62,896 bases of DNA, filler included, from 8 parts of 8 records of this genome joined end to end with filler, not necessarily neighbours in it, one strand, 5' to 3'; shown: positions 31,449 to 41,438, numbered from the whole stretch's first letter. The notes: generated by a model not told the origin, from the sequence alone. Numbers and translations: made by a program.

Positions 31449-32126
31449 ATGGGTATTTTCTCCCGCCTGACCGATATCGTGAATTCCAACGTCAACTCGA
31501 TCCTGGATCGCGCCGAAGATCCCGAAAAGATCATTCGGCTCGTCATCCAGGAGATGGAGGAAACCTTGGTCGAAGTGCGCGCCACTGCCGCCCAGACCAT
31601 CGCCGAGAAGAAGGAAATCGCGCGCAATCTTCATCGCTACGAGGAAGCGCAGGCCGAATGGGAACGCAAGGCCGAAGTCGCCTTGACCAAGGGCCGCGAA
31701 GACCTGTCAAAGGCGGCGCTGGTTGAAAAGTCGAAACTGAACGAAACGGCGGCGGCATTGAAAGATGAACTCGCCGCCCTTGATCAATCGCTGGCCGGCA
31801 ACGAAACGGACGTTGTCAAACTGCAGGGCAAGCTGAAGGAAGCCAAGGCTAAGCAGAAATCCATCCGGGCCCGGCATGAAACCGCGACATCGCGCCTGAA
31901 GGTGCGCCGGCGTCTTTATGACGGAAAGATCGAGGACGCCTTCGCTCGTTTCACGCAGATGGAAAAGCGGCTTGACGAAAAGGAAGGCGAGGTCGAGTCT
32001 TTCGATCTTGGCCGGACCAAGTCATTGAAGGACGAAATCGCCGAGTTGGAGGCCGAAAGCGCCGTCGAGCAGGAGCTCGCCGCACTCAAGGCAAAGCTGG
32101 CCAAACGCAAGGGTGCGAAAGGCTAG
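31449..32126 (+). CDS. pspA: phage shock protein A
   Basis: MGIFSRLTDIVNSN..LDRAEDPEK.IRL.IQEMEETLVEVR; coiled coil. Confidence 0.95.
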   Translation: MGIFSRLTDIVNSNVNSILDRAEDPEKIIRLVIQEMEETLVEVRATAAQTIAEKKEIARNLHRYEEAQAEWERKAEVALTKGREDLSKAALVEKSKLNETAAALKDELAALDQSLAGNETDVVKLQGKLKEAKAKQKSIRARHETATSRLKVRRRLYDGKIEDAFARFTQMEKRLDEKEGEVESFDLGRTKSLKDEIAELEAESAVEQELAALKAKLAKRKGAKG

Positions 32127-32237
32127 GCGGACCGTGATGACCAGGCGGAACGTGATGAGATGCCGTTCTTCGATATCCTGCCCGAGGTCATGTACCTGTA
32201 CGGGTATATGTACCTCTACGTGATACGGGAGACCGTA

Positions 32238-32471
32238 ATGCCGTTTTTTGAGTTCCTGCAAGTGCCCCTGATCATTTTCATGGCCGTGGTCGCGCCGCTT
32301 TGGATCCTGACCCACTACGTCATGCGCTGGCGCGCCACCAAATCGCTTTCGACCGAAGACGAAAAGATGTTGTCCGAACTGTGGGAAAGCGTGCCGCGCA
32401 TGGAAAACCGGATCAAGAACCTGGAACGCATTCTCGATGCCGAGGTTCCGAATTGGAGGGAGCAATTATGA
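32238..32471 (+). CDS. pspB: phage shock protein B
   Basis: IIFMAVVAPLWILTHY..LS..D..RI..LERILDAE.PNWR; GGGAG RBS. Confidence 0.9.
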   Translation: MPFFEFLQVPLIIFMAVVAPLWILTHYVMRWRATKSLSTEDEKMLSELWESVPRMENRIKNLERILDAEVPNWREQL

Positions 32472-32704
32472 CCCGCTACGATTTCCATGGAACCGTGCGT
32501 GGCGTTCATGCCATGCGCCGCTGGCCGGACGCCTTGGTCCTTGGCGTCTGTGCCGCCCTGGCGATGCGTTTCGGGATCAGTCCCTGGTGGTTTCGCGCCG
32601 CCGCCATCGCCGGTGTTTTCTCGGCACCGCTGACGACCATGATCCTTTACGTTCTGGCGGCCATCCTGCTGGCCCGCAATCCGGCTTGGAGGTGGCCGTC
32701 ATGA
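32468..32704 (+). CDS. short PspC-domain membrane protein
   Basis: LGVCAALA.RFGI...WFR motif; ATGA overlaps with both neighbours. Confidence 0.7.
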   Translation: MTRYDFHGTVRGVHAMRRWPDALVLGVCAALAMRFGISPWWFRAAAIAGVFSAPLTTMILYVLAAILLARNPAWRWPS

Positions 32705-33159
32705 GGTGCCGCATGAATTTCGAGATGATGGGTAGAATGCGACGCCGCAACAAAGGCCTTTGGGGCGACGACCCCGATAACCGTCGGCCAAGCCCGAACC
32801 GGCTCTATCGGAACATGGACAACGCGATGATTCGCGGCGTCTGTTCCGGCATCGCCGATTTCTTCGGCATCGATGCGATGTTGGTCCGCCTGGCTGCCGT
32901 CGCCTGCCTGTTCGCCTTTACCATTCCTTCGATCATTATCTATTTCGTTCTTTCGAAGGTGGTTCCGCCCCGGCCCGAAGGGCTTTTCAAGGAACCCGGC
33001 GAGGAAGCCTTCTGGACCCGCGTCCGGGTCGAGCCGACGGGAACCTTTTCGTCGCTGCGCCATCGTTTCCGAGAACTGGACAAGCGCCTGCAGGACCTGG
33101 AGACCTTTGTCACTTCCCGCGAGTTCCGGTTGGATCGCGAGATCAACGGCCTCAAATAG
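32701..33159 (+). CDS. pspC: phage shock protein C
   Basis: RLYRN....IRGVCSGIADFFG; C-terminal RLQDLETFVTSREFRLDREI. Confidence 0.88.
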   Translation: MRCRMNFEMMGRMRRRNKGLWGDDPDNRRPSPNRLYRNMDNAMIRGVCSGIADFFGIDAMLVRLAAVACLFAFTIPSIIIYFVLSKVVPPRPEGLFKEPGEEAFWTRVRVEPTGTFSSLRHRFRELDKRLQDLETFVTSREFRLDREINGLK

Positions 33160-33180
33160 CGGTAGTTTTCGTATGCGACG

Positions 33181-33645
33181 TTAAATCCCGCCGCCGAAGA
33201 CATCGAACCGCCAATCTTCGACAATCCTGCCGATGCTGTGAACGCGAAGCCGGCGCACCAGTCCGGTTTCCACGTTCACGAAGGATACGAACTCGTGAAG
33301 CTTGGTTCTTTCGCGGACGGCCAGGAACAGGCCTTTCGGGGTTTCGACCAGGACTCCGGGTTCCGGGTGATTGTCAGCGGAAGTACGGTCTACGCCGATT
33401 GTCCCCGGAACGAAAAGGACCGGGACGCCGAAATCGGCAAGCGGTTCCTCGGGATCGACGAATTCAAGGTCCATCTCGGGCTCGGCGGCGGGGTTCAGCC
33501 GAACGACATAATCCTGAACGTAGTTCTTGGCCTTGCGTTGAACCTTCAGGCAAAGGACGTCGCCGGCGATGGTTCTCAGAAATACGGCGTTGCCAGCCGG
33601 GATCTCGTGAGCCGGTCTTTCGACAAGGGCCAGAGTATCGATCAT
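33181..33645 (-). CDS. hypothetical protein
   Basis: 154-aa ORF with ATGA overlap to the TPR gene. Confidence 0.65.
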   Translation of the reverse strand: MIDTLALVERPAHEIPAGNAVFLRTIAGDVLCLKVQRKAKNYVQDYVVRLNPAAEPEMDLEFVDPEEPLADFGVPVLFVPGTIGVDRTSADNHPEPGVLVETPKGLFLAVRERTKLHEFVSFVNVETGLVRRLRVHSIGRIVEDWRFDVFGGGI

Positions 33646-34442
33646 GGTGACGATTTCTGCTCGGGCTGGTCCGATCCTCCTGGCGAACCATTGCCAGGGT
33701 CGGCGCCCGAATCCATGATTTGCAGATTGGCCTGGGCGGTTGCCGCCGTTCGGGTTCCGGGCGCCATGTCAATGACCAGCAACCAGTCCTGGCGGGCACC
33801 GTCATCGTCGCCCGTAAGCCGCCGGATCATGCCGCGTTCGAGCACGGCGAATGCGTTGTCCGGGTCGATCAGCAGGGCCTGTTCGGCATCGGCCAGGGCG
33901 TCTTCGAGTTTGTCCAGATAGCGCCGTGCCGCCGCCCGGAAGGCGAATGCCTCGGCCCGGCGGCCGTCAATTCCGATGGCCACCGTAAAATCGTTCTCTG
34001 CCGCCTGATAGCGATGGGTTTCGGCCCGCGCCAGCCCGCGGTCGACCAGAAGCTCGACATTCATCGGCGACAGTTCCAGCGCCGCCGTCAGCACGTCTTC
34101 GGCGCGTTCGGGGTTGCCGTCCAGCATCCAGCCCTGGGCGGCATGTCCGAACAGGGCGGCCTTGAATTCCGGCTCGGCCTTGATGCGCTGCGCCAATTCC
34201 TCGAAGCGTTGTGCGGCTTCGGCATGCTGCCCCAAGAACAACAGCGCCTTCGCCATGCAGTGGTCGGCGGCATCGCCGCCGCCCATACCGCGCCAGGCCA
34301 AGGCGGCGTCGAAGGCATCATCGGGTTCGCGGTCGGCCAGGGCCATGCAGGTTTCGTACTGACGGGCGTGGTCGATTTCCTCGGCAACGGCGCCGGCGAC
34401 AGCCAACAAACCGATTGCCGTAATCCGCATAGCTTTCAACAT
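33642..34442 (-). CDS. secreted tetratricopeptide-repeat protein
   Basis: signal peptide; A..D...A...DP....A..ERG TPR pattern. Confidence 0.82.
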   Translation of the reverse strand: MLKAMRITAIGLLAVAGAVAEEIDHARQYETCMALADREPDDAFDAALAWRGMGGGDAADHCMAKALLFLGQHAEAAQRFEELAQRIKAEPEFKAALFGHAAQGWMLDGNPERAEDVLTAALELSPMNVELLVDRGLARAETHRYQAAENDFTVAIGIDGRRAEAFAFRAAARRYLDKLEDALADAEQALLIDPDNAFAVLERGMIRRLTGDDDGARQDWLLVIDMAPGTRTAATAQANLQIMDSGADPGNGSPGGSDQPEQKSSP

Positions 34443-34528
34443 GGTCTTGTTTCCTGACGACCCGGGCCGATAGACTTCCGATTTTCGACCGGCAAATCAA
34501 GCCCGTCCGTTGTTCCCGTGGAGTTTAA

Positions 34529-35419
34529 ATGCCCGAAATGCCGCGAAAGCTGTTCTGTTTCGGCCTTGGCTACAGCGCCCTGGCGCTGGTGCGGCGCCTG
34601 CAAAGCGAGGGCAGATGGTCGATCGCCGGCACCGTTCGCGACGAAGCCGCCATGGCTAGTCTGGCCGATCTTGAGATCGAGGCGTACCGGTTCGACGGCA
34701 ATGGGCCGATGGACGAATTCGCCGCCGCGATCGAGGGCACGACCCATCTTCTTATTACCGTTCCGCCGGGGCCGGGCGGCGATCCGGTCCTGGTGCATCA
34801 TGCCAATGGCATCGCCGGGACCGGGTCCATCGAATGGGCGGGGTACCTGTCGACCACCGGCGTTTATGGCGATACCGGCGGCGCGGTTGTCGACGAAACG
34901 GCAGCGTTGAATCCGACCTCGGACCGAAGCCGTCGGCGCGCCGAGGCCGAATCGGCCTGGTTGGCGCTGCACACGGAAACGGCCCTGCCGGTCCACCTTT
35001 TCCGCCTGGCCGGAATTTACGGACCGGGGCGCAGTACCGTCGGCCGCGTGCGGGCCGGCACCGTGCAGCGCATAACCAAGCCCAACCACGCCTTCAGCCG
35101 TATCCATGTTGAAGACATCGCGACCGTTCTGATGGCCTCCATGGCCCGGCCCGATCCGGGGGCTGTCTACAATGTTTGCGATGACGAAGCCGCCGCCCCG
35201 GCCGACGTTGCCGAGTATGCCTGCTCTCTTCTGGGGGTCGAGCCGCCGCCCGAAATATCCTTCGAAGCGGCCGCCAAGACCCTGTCGCCGATGGCGCTTT
35301 CCTTCTGGCGCGACAATAGGCGTATCGACAATCGCAAAATCAAACGCGAATTGGGCGTCGAGATCGCCTATCCGACCTATCGCGAAGGCCTGCGCGCCAT
35401 CCTCGCCGCCGAGGATTGA
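34529..35419 (+). CDS. NAD-dependent epimerase/extended SDR (YeeZ-like)
   Basis: FCFGLGYSA, YLSTTGVYGD, RLAGIYGPGR, SRIHVEDIA, YNVCDD, YPTYREGL motifs. Confidence 0.88.
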   Translation: MPEMPRKLFCFGLGYSALALVRRLQSEGRWSIAGTVRDEAAMASLADLEIEAYRFDGNGPMDEFAAAIEGTTHLLITVPPGPGGDPVLVHHANGIAGTGSIEWAGYLSTTGVYGDTGGAVVDETAALNPTSDRSRRRAEAESAWLALHTETALPVHLFRLAGIYGPGRSTVGRVRAGTVQRITKPNHAFSRIHVEDIATVLMASMARPDPGAVYNVCDDEAAAPADVAEYACSLLGVEPPPEISFEAAAKTLSPMALSFWRDNRRIDNRKIKRELGVEIAYPTYREGLRAILAAED

Positions 35420-35442
35420 GCCGGTCCCGGTTCGACGGCGAC

Positions 35443-35943
35443 TTATTTGGCGTCGTATGCCTTCGACAGCGGTTCGTCCTCGGCCGCATCGACGATCTGA
35501 TCGAGAAGCGGCAGGAAGCCCATTTCCTCCTTCTGGATGTGGAAGGTTTCCCGTTCGATCAGTTCCAGACCGAGATCGTAGAACGCGGCCCAGCTTTCGG
35601 CCGTAAAGCCGGATTGACGGGCGCCTTTTTCGGCCTCGGTCACCCGCAGGGCGAGCGGTCGGATGATGTCGTGTTCGTCCTGGAGGATGGTCAGCATGGG
35701 CGTATCGCCGAGCGCCCGGATGCGCGAAAACAGATGTTCCTCTTCGAAGCCGAAATGAGTTGAGATCTCGTTCTGCATGGCGGCCGAGAGATCGGCGAGC
35801 AGGCCGGCCAGATCGGAATCGCCGGTATCGGGCGGCGCTTTCAGCCCGATGCGCGACAGCGTTTCTTCCAGCCGTTCAAGAAGCTGGATCGTCGCCATGT
35901 GATCGTCGTGCAGGCGGTTACAGATCTGAAGCGCGTATTTCAT
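35443..35943 (-). CDS. hemerythrin-domain protein
   Basis: HDDH, HFGFEEEHLF, EHDIIR, HIQKEEMGFLP iron-ligand motifs. Confidence 0.85.
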   Translation of the reverse strand: MKYALQICNRLHDDHMATIQLLERLEETLSRIGLKAPPDTGDSDLAGLLADLSAAMQNEISTHFGFEEEHLFSRIRALGDTPMLTILQDEHDIIRPLALRVTEAEKGARQSGFTAESWAAFYDLGLELIERETFHIQKEEMGFLPLLDQIVDAAEDEPLSKAYDAK

Positions 35944-35953
35944 GATTGCTCCG

Positions 35954-37297
35954 TCAGGGTTTGCCGGTTTTCGCGGCTTCGGCGTGGTAGGCGGCCAGAT
36001 GCCGGGCCACGGAGAGCGAGAACCATAAAAAGAAAAGGGCGCCTAGCGTGCCGGCGGTTCCGCCGGCCAGAACCAGGGTTTCCGAATCGACCGCGATGCC
36101 GGCGCCGACCATAACAAGAGCGACGGCATGGCAGATCGCATGGCCGCGCAGGGTCAGTCGCGGCCGGCCCATTTCGGTCAGCCGGGGCGGGCGTTGGCGC
36201 AGATTGTGGGCGTGCATGGAGGCCAGGAAGGGCAGGATGTTCTGCAGGATGCCGATCAGGAAGGTCAGCAGCCAGCCGAACAAAAGCAGGAAACCGGCCA
36301 GTCCGGCCATGTTGAAATCCCATTCCGCGACCGCGGCCAGGGCGGCGAGGACTAGGCTCAGCGGCAGAATTGCCCAGGCAGCGCGGACCATCACGAAAGA
36401 AAGTCCAAGCCTTTTTTTCATGCCGTCGCGCAAAGACGTAACCATCAGCCACATGTGAAAGCCGATCCCGGCCAACCCCAGGCAGGCGGCGACGATGAGC
36501 AACGCTTCGCTGCCGCCGAGGGCACCGACGGTGCCGATGACGAGCCCGGCGACGACGAGGCCGTGCGACATCAAAACCGCCTGCCTGTCAGGCGCGCCGG
36601 AAAGCGCGAACATCGGCACCAGAACGTAGGAAAAGCCGAGGGCCAGTAGCCCCATGAACCCGAAGCCGCCGAGAATGGCATGCGCAATGCCGGTGCCGGC
36701 ATGATCGGGCCAGAACCCTTCACCGAGAAAGCCGAACTCGAAATCGAAAACCAGGGCCAGCCCGGCCGCCATCAGCAGGAAAAGGCAAAACAACGCGGTC
36801 CAGCCGTGAGCGATGACGTGTTTCAGCGATTGCGAACGGCGGAAGATGTCGGCCAGGATCCAGGAAAACAGGAGCAGGCCGCCGACCACCAGAATGCCGC
36901 CGATGGCCATTGCCAGGGAATCGCTCATGGCCATGCCGGCAATCAGAACGGCGGTTCCCGGGATCACCGCCCAGGTGGAGATTTCGACCGGCCACAGAGC
37001 GTTCAGGGCGACGCCGGTGGCCACCGTCAGCAGCTGCAGCGACGCCCCCATGGCGGTGATGACCAGCACGCCCAACGTCAAAGCGTGGATGGCGGCCAGG
37101 GCGAAGCCGGGACCGCCGACGAACCAGGTCACTTCTTCAAAGCCGATCGCCAGCAGGACCCAGGCGGCAACGTGGAAAAAGGCTGCCGCGACGAAAAAGC
37201 GCATCGGCACCTTGTAGGGAAGCAGGCGGCTTTGCGCCCCCATCAGGATGGTGCCGGGAAAGTTATCGACGTCGTTTACGGGTGGAAGGCCGGTCAT
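35954..37297 (-). CDS. polytopic membrane protein (about 12 TM, His-containing helices, NnrS/HCO-like repeats)
   Basis: IHALTLG, AHAILGGFGF..LVPMFAL, ILPFL motifs; ATGA overlap with DUF2249 gene. Confidence 0.75.
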   Translation of the reverse strand: MTGLPPVNDVDNFPGTILMGAQSRLLPYKVPMRFFVAAAFFHVAAWVLLAIGFEEVTWFVGGPGFALAAIHALTLGVLVITAMGASLQLLTVATGVALNALWPVEISTWAVIPGTAVLIAGMAMSDSLAMAIGGILVVGGLLLFSWILADIFRRSQSLKHVIAHGWTALFCLFLLMAAGLALVFDFEFGFLGEGFWPDHAGTGIAHAILGGFGFMGLLALGFSYVLVPMFALSGAPDRQAVLMSHGLVVAGLVIGTVGALGGSEALLIVAACLGLAGIGFHMWLMVTSLRDGMKKRLGLSFVMVRAAWAILPLSLVLAALAAVAEWDFNMAGLAGFLLLFGWLLTFLIGILQNILPFLASMHAHNLRQRPPRLTEMGRPRLTLRGHAICHAVALVMVGAGIAVDSETLVLAGGTAGTLGALFFLWFSLSVARHLAAYHAEAAKTGKP

Positions 37298-37572
37298 GGT
37301 TTCGATTCCGCACTCAGGATCAATGTACAAGGCGCAGCGGAGGGTGGCGATCCGGCGCCGCCGCTACCGCTGCCGACGACTTTCCAGGTCCAGTTGCGCT
37401 CAATCAGTTCCTTGAACAGGAAGATCGGTTCGCGGTCCAGGTGCACGGTCAGCGGGCCTTCATGGCCGCCGTCGATTTCGCGCAGGATGGTGACCGCCGG
37501 CTGCGGTGCTTCGAGCCCGCGCAGGTCCAGATGAACGCCGTCACTATCAAGCCATTGTTCGGTCATCGCCAT
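37294..37572 (-). CDS. DUF2249-domain (SirA/TusA-like) protein
   Basis: LDLRGLEAPQP..IL..HLDREPIFLF.EL.ER.W motif. Confidence 0.75.
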   Translation of the reverse strand: MAMTEQWLDSDGVHLDLRGLEAPQPAVTILREIDGGHEGPLTVHLDREPIFLFKELIERNWTWKVVGSGSGGAGSPPSAAPCTLILSAESKP

Positions 37573-37626
37573 TGCCGCTGGTGTCTTAACGAGACGCCAT
37601 AATCGGCTACTGGCGTGGCGCCGTCC

Positions 37627-37640
37627 TTGACGGCAATCAA
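37627..37640. promoter_or_regulatory. FNR/FixK/DNR-family box
   Basis: TTGAC-GGCA-ATCAA versus consensus TTGAT-N4-ATCAA; about 55 bp upstream of the DUF2249 gene. Confidence 0.7.
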
Positions 37641-38060
37641 ACGAAACAGGAAATCCGTACAGCGGGACGGATCTGAAGGGCGGTTAAAGCCGTTTGCACC
37701 CCGTCGAAGCCTCGTTGACCCCCATCCGAATCGGCCCAACTCCTTGATAAGATTAAATATATGGAGTCATTGCGAACGAAAATGTCGTCATCTGTCGGCT
37801 TATGTCGGCTTTCCGGTGCCGCCGCCGGCGGGCCGAGAGAAAAGCATATTTACCTTTTCAAAGAGCTTATAACGAAAATATGCCTATATAGCTGAGTCGT
37901 CAATCCCTACGGCTTCAGTTTTCCGCCTCGGTTAGGAGAGTTGGTCCAGCAAAGCGGCCAGCGTGTGGCCGAGGTGGTTGAGATCTTTCCGACAGGCCAT
38001 CCAATAGAAGTCCGCGTATACCGGAGTTTAGCCGTCAGGTATTCGGACAGCGGTTTTTTC

Positions 38061-38996
38061 TCAAGGGCATTCGTCGCCCAGTTCGCGGCCCTGTCTATGT
38101 GAAATTACGAAATCACGGATGTCAGTGTGACCTCCCTGTTCCGCAAGCTGTTTTGCGGCCCATCCATCGATTACGTCGATGCCCGCAAGCCAGTCGGCGC
38201 CCAAACCAATAAAAAGGCGAACCATGTCAAGCCGACCGGCCGCGACGGCCTGCAGAAGCGGCGTGTAATAACGGTTGTCAGGCCGAACTTCCAAGTCAAT
38301 CTCAGGCGCCGCCGTACTTACAAAACACCAACTGACCGGCGTTCCACCAACCGCGATCGCCCCCGCGGCAGTGGCAGGGTGTCTGAAGCCATGCGCCGCT
38401 TTGATACGGTAGTTGATGTCAAAATCATTCTTTTTTGATAGGGCGTCGAGCATCAACAGGACGGAAATCTTGTAGCCGTCGGCCGATGGCCCAGACGTTT
38501 CGATTTGGGATCCCTTTCCAAGTAGATAAAGCAAGTCTGTCGTTTGCCTTTGCCCAATTTCCCGCCAGGAGTAGCGCGGGTCCGAAACAATAACCATGAT
38601 AGTGTCCTGACATGCGTTTTGGTAGCGCAAGTCGGCTTCTTGTAGTGCTTTGATAAGCCGTTCGGTCGCGAGCTGGACAGGCGTCAGCGTTGCCGGGTAC
38701 GCGTTGATGTCGAGATTCGGTTCGCGGGCAAGGAGAGCAACGACCTGGGGTGCGGAACATGCGGCTGCAAAATAGCCAAGCTTAATGACGGGATTGATCG
38801 TCGCTAACGGTTCTGATTCAGTAGGATTGAATTGTTCCGTAGGATTGAATTGTTCCGCGCCTGCGCTTGTTGCGGGTGTAGAGACCGCGAACAGGACCAC
38901 GGCAAAGGTAGTGATCCAAGCCACAGTTTGAATGCCGGCGATGCGAGAAATGATCGTCGAGACGGTGATGCCAGGGTATTCGGTGACTTCGGCCAT
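38061..38996 (-). CDS. hypothetical exported protein with C-terminal ankyrin-like repeats
   Basis: hydrophobic N-terminus; YTPLLQAVAAGRLDMVRLFIGLGAD and A..GGHTDI. Confidence 0.6.
   Translation of the reverse strand: MAEVTEYPGITVSTIISRIAGIQTVAWITTFAVVLFAVSTPATSAGAEQFNPTEQFNPTESEPLATINPVIKLGYFAAACSAPQVVALLAREPNLDINAYPATLTPVQLATERLIKALQEADLRYQNACQDTIMVIVSDPRYSWREIGQRQTTDLLYLLGKGSQIETSGPSADGYKISVLLMLDALSKKNDFDINYRIKAAHGFRHPATAAGAIAVGGTPVSWCFVSTAAPEIDLEVRPDNRYYTPLLQAVAAGRLDMVRLFIGLGADWLAGIDVIDGWAAKQLAEQGGHTDIRDFVISHRQGRELGDECP
38821..38856. repeat. perfect 18-bp tandem duplication in coding sequence
   Basis: GTAGGATTGAATTGTTCC x2, encoding EQFNPT x2. Confidence 0.9.
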
Positions 38997-39394
38997 GCGA
39001 TAGTCTTCCTTTTAGGGAGAGAGAAATTACTATTCAAAATCAATGAGATAGAAAAAATATATAAAAATAACGAAGCCGATGGAGCATCTGAAACTAGTTT
39101 ACAGGATAAGATCTGAAGACACCAAGTAGGGTATCCAAATCCTCGGCTCGCGCTTTTTTTGAGTGCGTGGTGTTCTGCTCCATCATCCTGTAACCGACTT
39201 GAGAAGCGAGAACCGGCGCGTGCTGTTGTCGTCGAAGCCGTGATGGCCGGCCGGATAGACCGCTTCCTTCGTGCTTTTGTCCAGTTTCCTGGTGTGTTTG
39301 CCCATCTCCACGCAGAGCTTGGTCGGGGTCAACACGGCCTTCTCTCCGAACCAGTGCGGATTGCGAGGTACCAGGGATATTGTCGGGAAAGCTT

Positions 39395-40180
39395 TCAGGC
39401 GGCTGGCGCCACCCCATAGAGCAGGGCGTCCAGCGTCCGACCGAGCCGGGCCAGGTCGGTTTCTTCCGACAGGCGATGATCGCCCGATTTGACGAACTGG
39501 ATCTCGACGTCGTCGCTTTCCAGCATTTCGGAGATGCGAAGCGCGGTCTGCCAGGGCACGTCCGGGTCCCGCATGCCGTGGACAATGCGGACCGGGCAGG
39601 TCAGCGGGATTTTCCGGCGCAGCAGCAGGTTTTCGCGGCCGTCCTCGACCAGCGCCCGGGTAAACGGCGTCGGGTCGGGTCCGTATTCGCTTTCGACATA
39701 AACGATGCCGTCGCGCTGCATGGTCTTTTTCTGGTCAGGCAGAAGCTGGGTTTCGAGTAGGTCTTCGGTAAAGTCGGGCGCCGGGGCGAGGCCGATCAGA
39801 CCGGCAATGCGTTCGGGCCGGGCCAGGGCGGTGAGCAGCATGATCCAGCCGCCCATGGAAGACCCGACCAAAATCTGCGGACCTTCGGTCAATTCGTCGA
39901 GGGCGAATATGGCATCAGCCGCCCATTGGCCGATGGTGCCGTCGGTGAAGACGCCCGAGGATTGGCCGTGGCCCGTATAATCGAAACGCAGGAAGGCCTG
40001 GCCGCGGGCCTTGCACCAGTCTTCGGTGAACAGGACCTTGCTGCCGGTCATGTCGGACATATAGCCGGACAAAAAGACGATGCCGGGAGACTTGCCCGCC
40101 GTCTTGTGGTAAGCGATTGCCGCGCCGTCGGCGCGTGTTAGTATCTGGGGATCGGGGGGCGCGCTGGTCGCGTCGTTCAT
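39395..40180 (-). CDS. alpha/beta hydrolase
   Basis: SDMTGSK, RFDYTGHGQS, GSSMGG, HGMRDPDVPW, GDHRLS motifs. Confidence 0.9.
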   Translation of the reverse strand: MNDATSAPPDPQILTRADGAAIAYHKTAGKSPGIVFLSGYMSDMTGSKVLFTEDWCKARGQAFLRFDYTGHGQSSGVFTDGTIGQWAADAIFALDELTEGPQILVGSSMGGWIMLLTALARPERIAGLIGLAPAPDFTEDLLETQLLPDQKKTMQRDGIVYVESEYGPDPTPFTRALVEDGRENLLLRRKIPLTCPVRIVHGMRDPDVPWQTALRISEMLESDDVEIQFVKSGDHRLSEETDLARLGRTLDALLYGVAPAA

Positions 40181-40212
40181 GGCGTAACCGTACCGGCTTT
40201 CAATGATCGTTG

Positions 40213-41433
40213 ATGAGCGAAGAATCGCAGCATAACACCCAAGACGCGCCTGGGGAACTTGGGCCGGAGCTCGATGCATCCGGAAAAAACCGCGCGACCG
40301 TCTTGCAGATCCTGCCGGCGCTGGGCGCCGGCGGCGGCGTCGAACGCGGCACGGTGGAGATCGCACGGGCCATATCGGAAGCCGGCGGACGGTCACTGGT
40401 GGCATCGGCCGGCGGCGCCATGCTCCACGAAATCGCCCGGGCCAAGGCCGAACATTTCACCCTGCCGGTCGACAGCAAGAACCCCTTTGTCATGCGGTCC
40501 AACGTCGGCCGTCTGGAACGCCTGATTGCCGAGGAAGACGTCGACATCGTGCATGTGCGGTCCCGGGCGCCGGCCTGGAGCGCCTGGGCGGCGGCCAGGC
40601 GGGCCGGGAAACCGCTGGTGACCACCTTTCACGGCACCTATTCGGCGGGCAATCCGCTGAAACGCAAATACAATTCGGTGATGACATACGGCGCTCGCGT
40701 CATCGCCATATCGAATTTCATCGCCGGGCATATCCGCCAGGTTTACGGGGTGCCGGCATCGAAGATCCGGGTGATACCGCGCGGCGTCGATCTCGATCGG
40801 TTCGACCCGGCCCTGGTTTCGGCCGAACGGGTGGCGATCCTGGCCAACCAGTGGCGCCTCGGCGACGGCAATCCGGTGATCATGCTTCCCGGAAGGCTGA
40901 CGCGGTGGAAGGGCCAGACCGTCTTTCTCGAAGCGATTGCCCGGTTGGGCCGCAAGGACATCCGCTGCGTATTGGTTGGGTCGGACCAGGGCCGCGCCGA
41001 CTACCGCCAGGAACTGGAAGATGTGATCGCCCGGCACGACCTCGGCGGCGTGGTCCGGATCGTCGATCACTGCAAGGACATGCCGGCCGCCTACATGCTG
41101 ACCGATCTTGTGATTTCGGCCTCGACCGACCCGGAGGCCTTCGGCCGCGTCGTGCCCGAGGCCCAGGCCCTGGGCCGTCCGGTCATCGCCAGCGACCACG
41201 GCGGCGCCCGGGAAACCGTGGTGCCCGGCGAAACCGGCTGGCTGACGCCGCCGGGGGACGCTTCGGAACTGTCCGAAGCGATCGCACGGGTGCTGGCGCT
41301 GGACGAACAGGCCCGGCATAAACTGGCCGAACGGGCGATTGCCAACGTGCGCCAAAACTTTTCTAAAGAGGCCATGTGCGCGCGCACGCTGGATGTCTAT
41401 AACGAGGTCCTGCACCTCAAGGAATCGGCGTAG
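40213..41433 (+). CDS. glycosyltransferase family 4
   Basis: GGVERGT, HVRSRAPAW, PGRLTRWKGQ, PEAFGRV..EAQALG motifs. Confidence 0.9.
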   Translation: MSEESQHNTQDAPGELGPELDASGKNRATVLQILPALGAGGGVERGTVEIARAISEAGGRSLVASAGGAMLHEIARAKAEHFTLPVDSKNPFVMRSNVGRLERLIAEEDVDIVHVRSRAPAWSAWAAARRAGKPLVTTFHGTYSAGNPLKRKYNSVMTYGARVIAISNFIAGHIRQVYGVPASKIRVIPRGVDLDRFDPALVSAERVAILANQWRLGDGNPVIMLPGRLTRWKGQTVFLEAIARLGRKDIRCVLVGSDQGRADYRQELEDVIARHDLGGVVRIVDHCKDMPAAYMLTDLVISASTDPEAFGRVVPEAQALGRPVIASDHGGARETVVPGETGWLTPPGDASELSEAIARVLALDEQARHKLAERAIANVRQNFSKEAMCARTLDVYNEVLHLKESA

Positions 41434-41438
41434 GGGCG

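Noticed and set aside
37744-37756. Second FNR box TTGAT-AAG-ATTAA
   Set aside because: Spacer is 3 nt rather than 4 and the right half is mismatched.
37877-37893. AATATGCCTATATAGCT resembling the dif-like site at 18967-18984
   Set aside because: Different contig and organism, one-base deletion, no matching left arm and no partner site; treated as chance.
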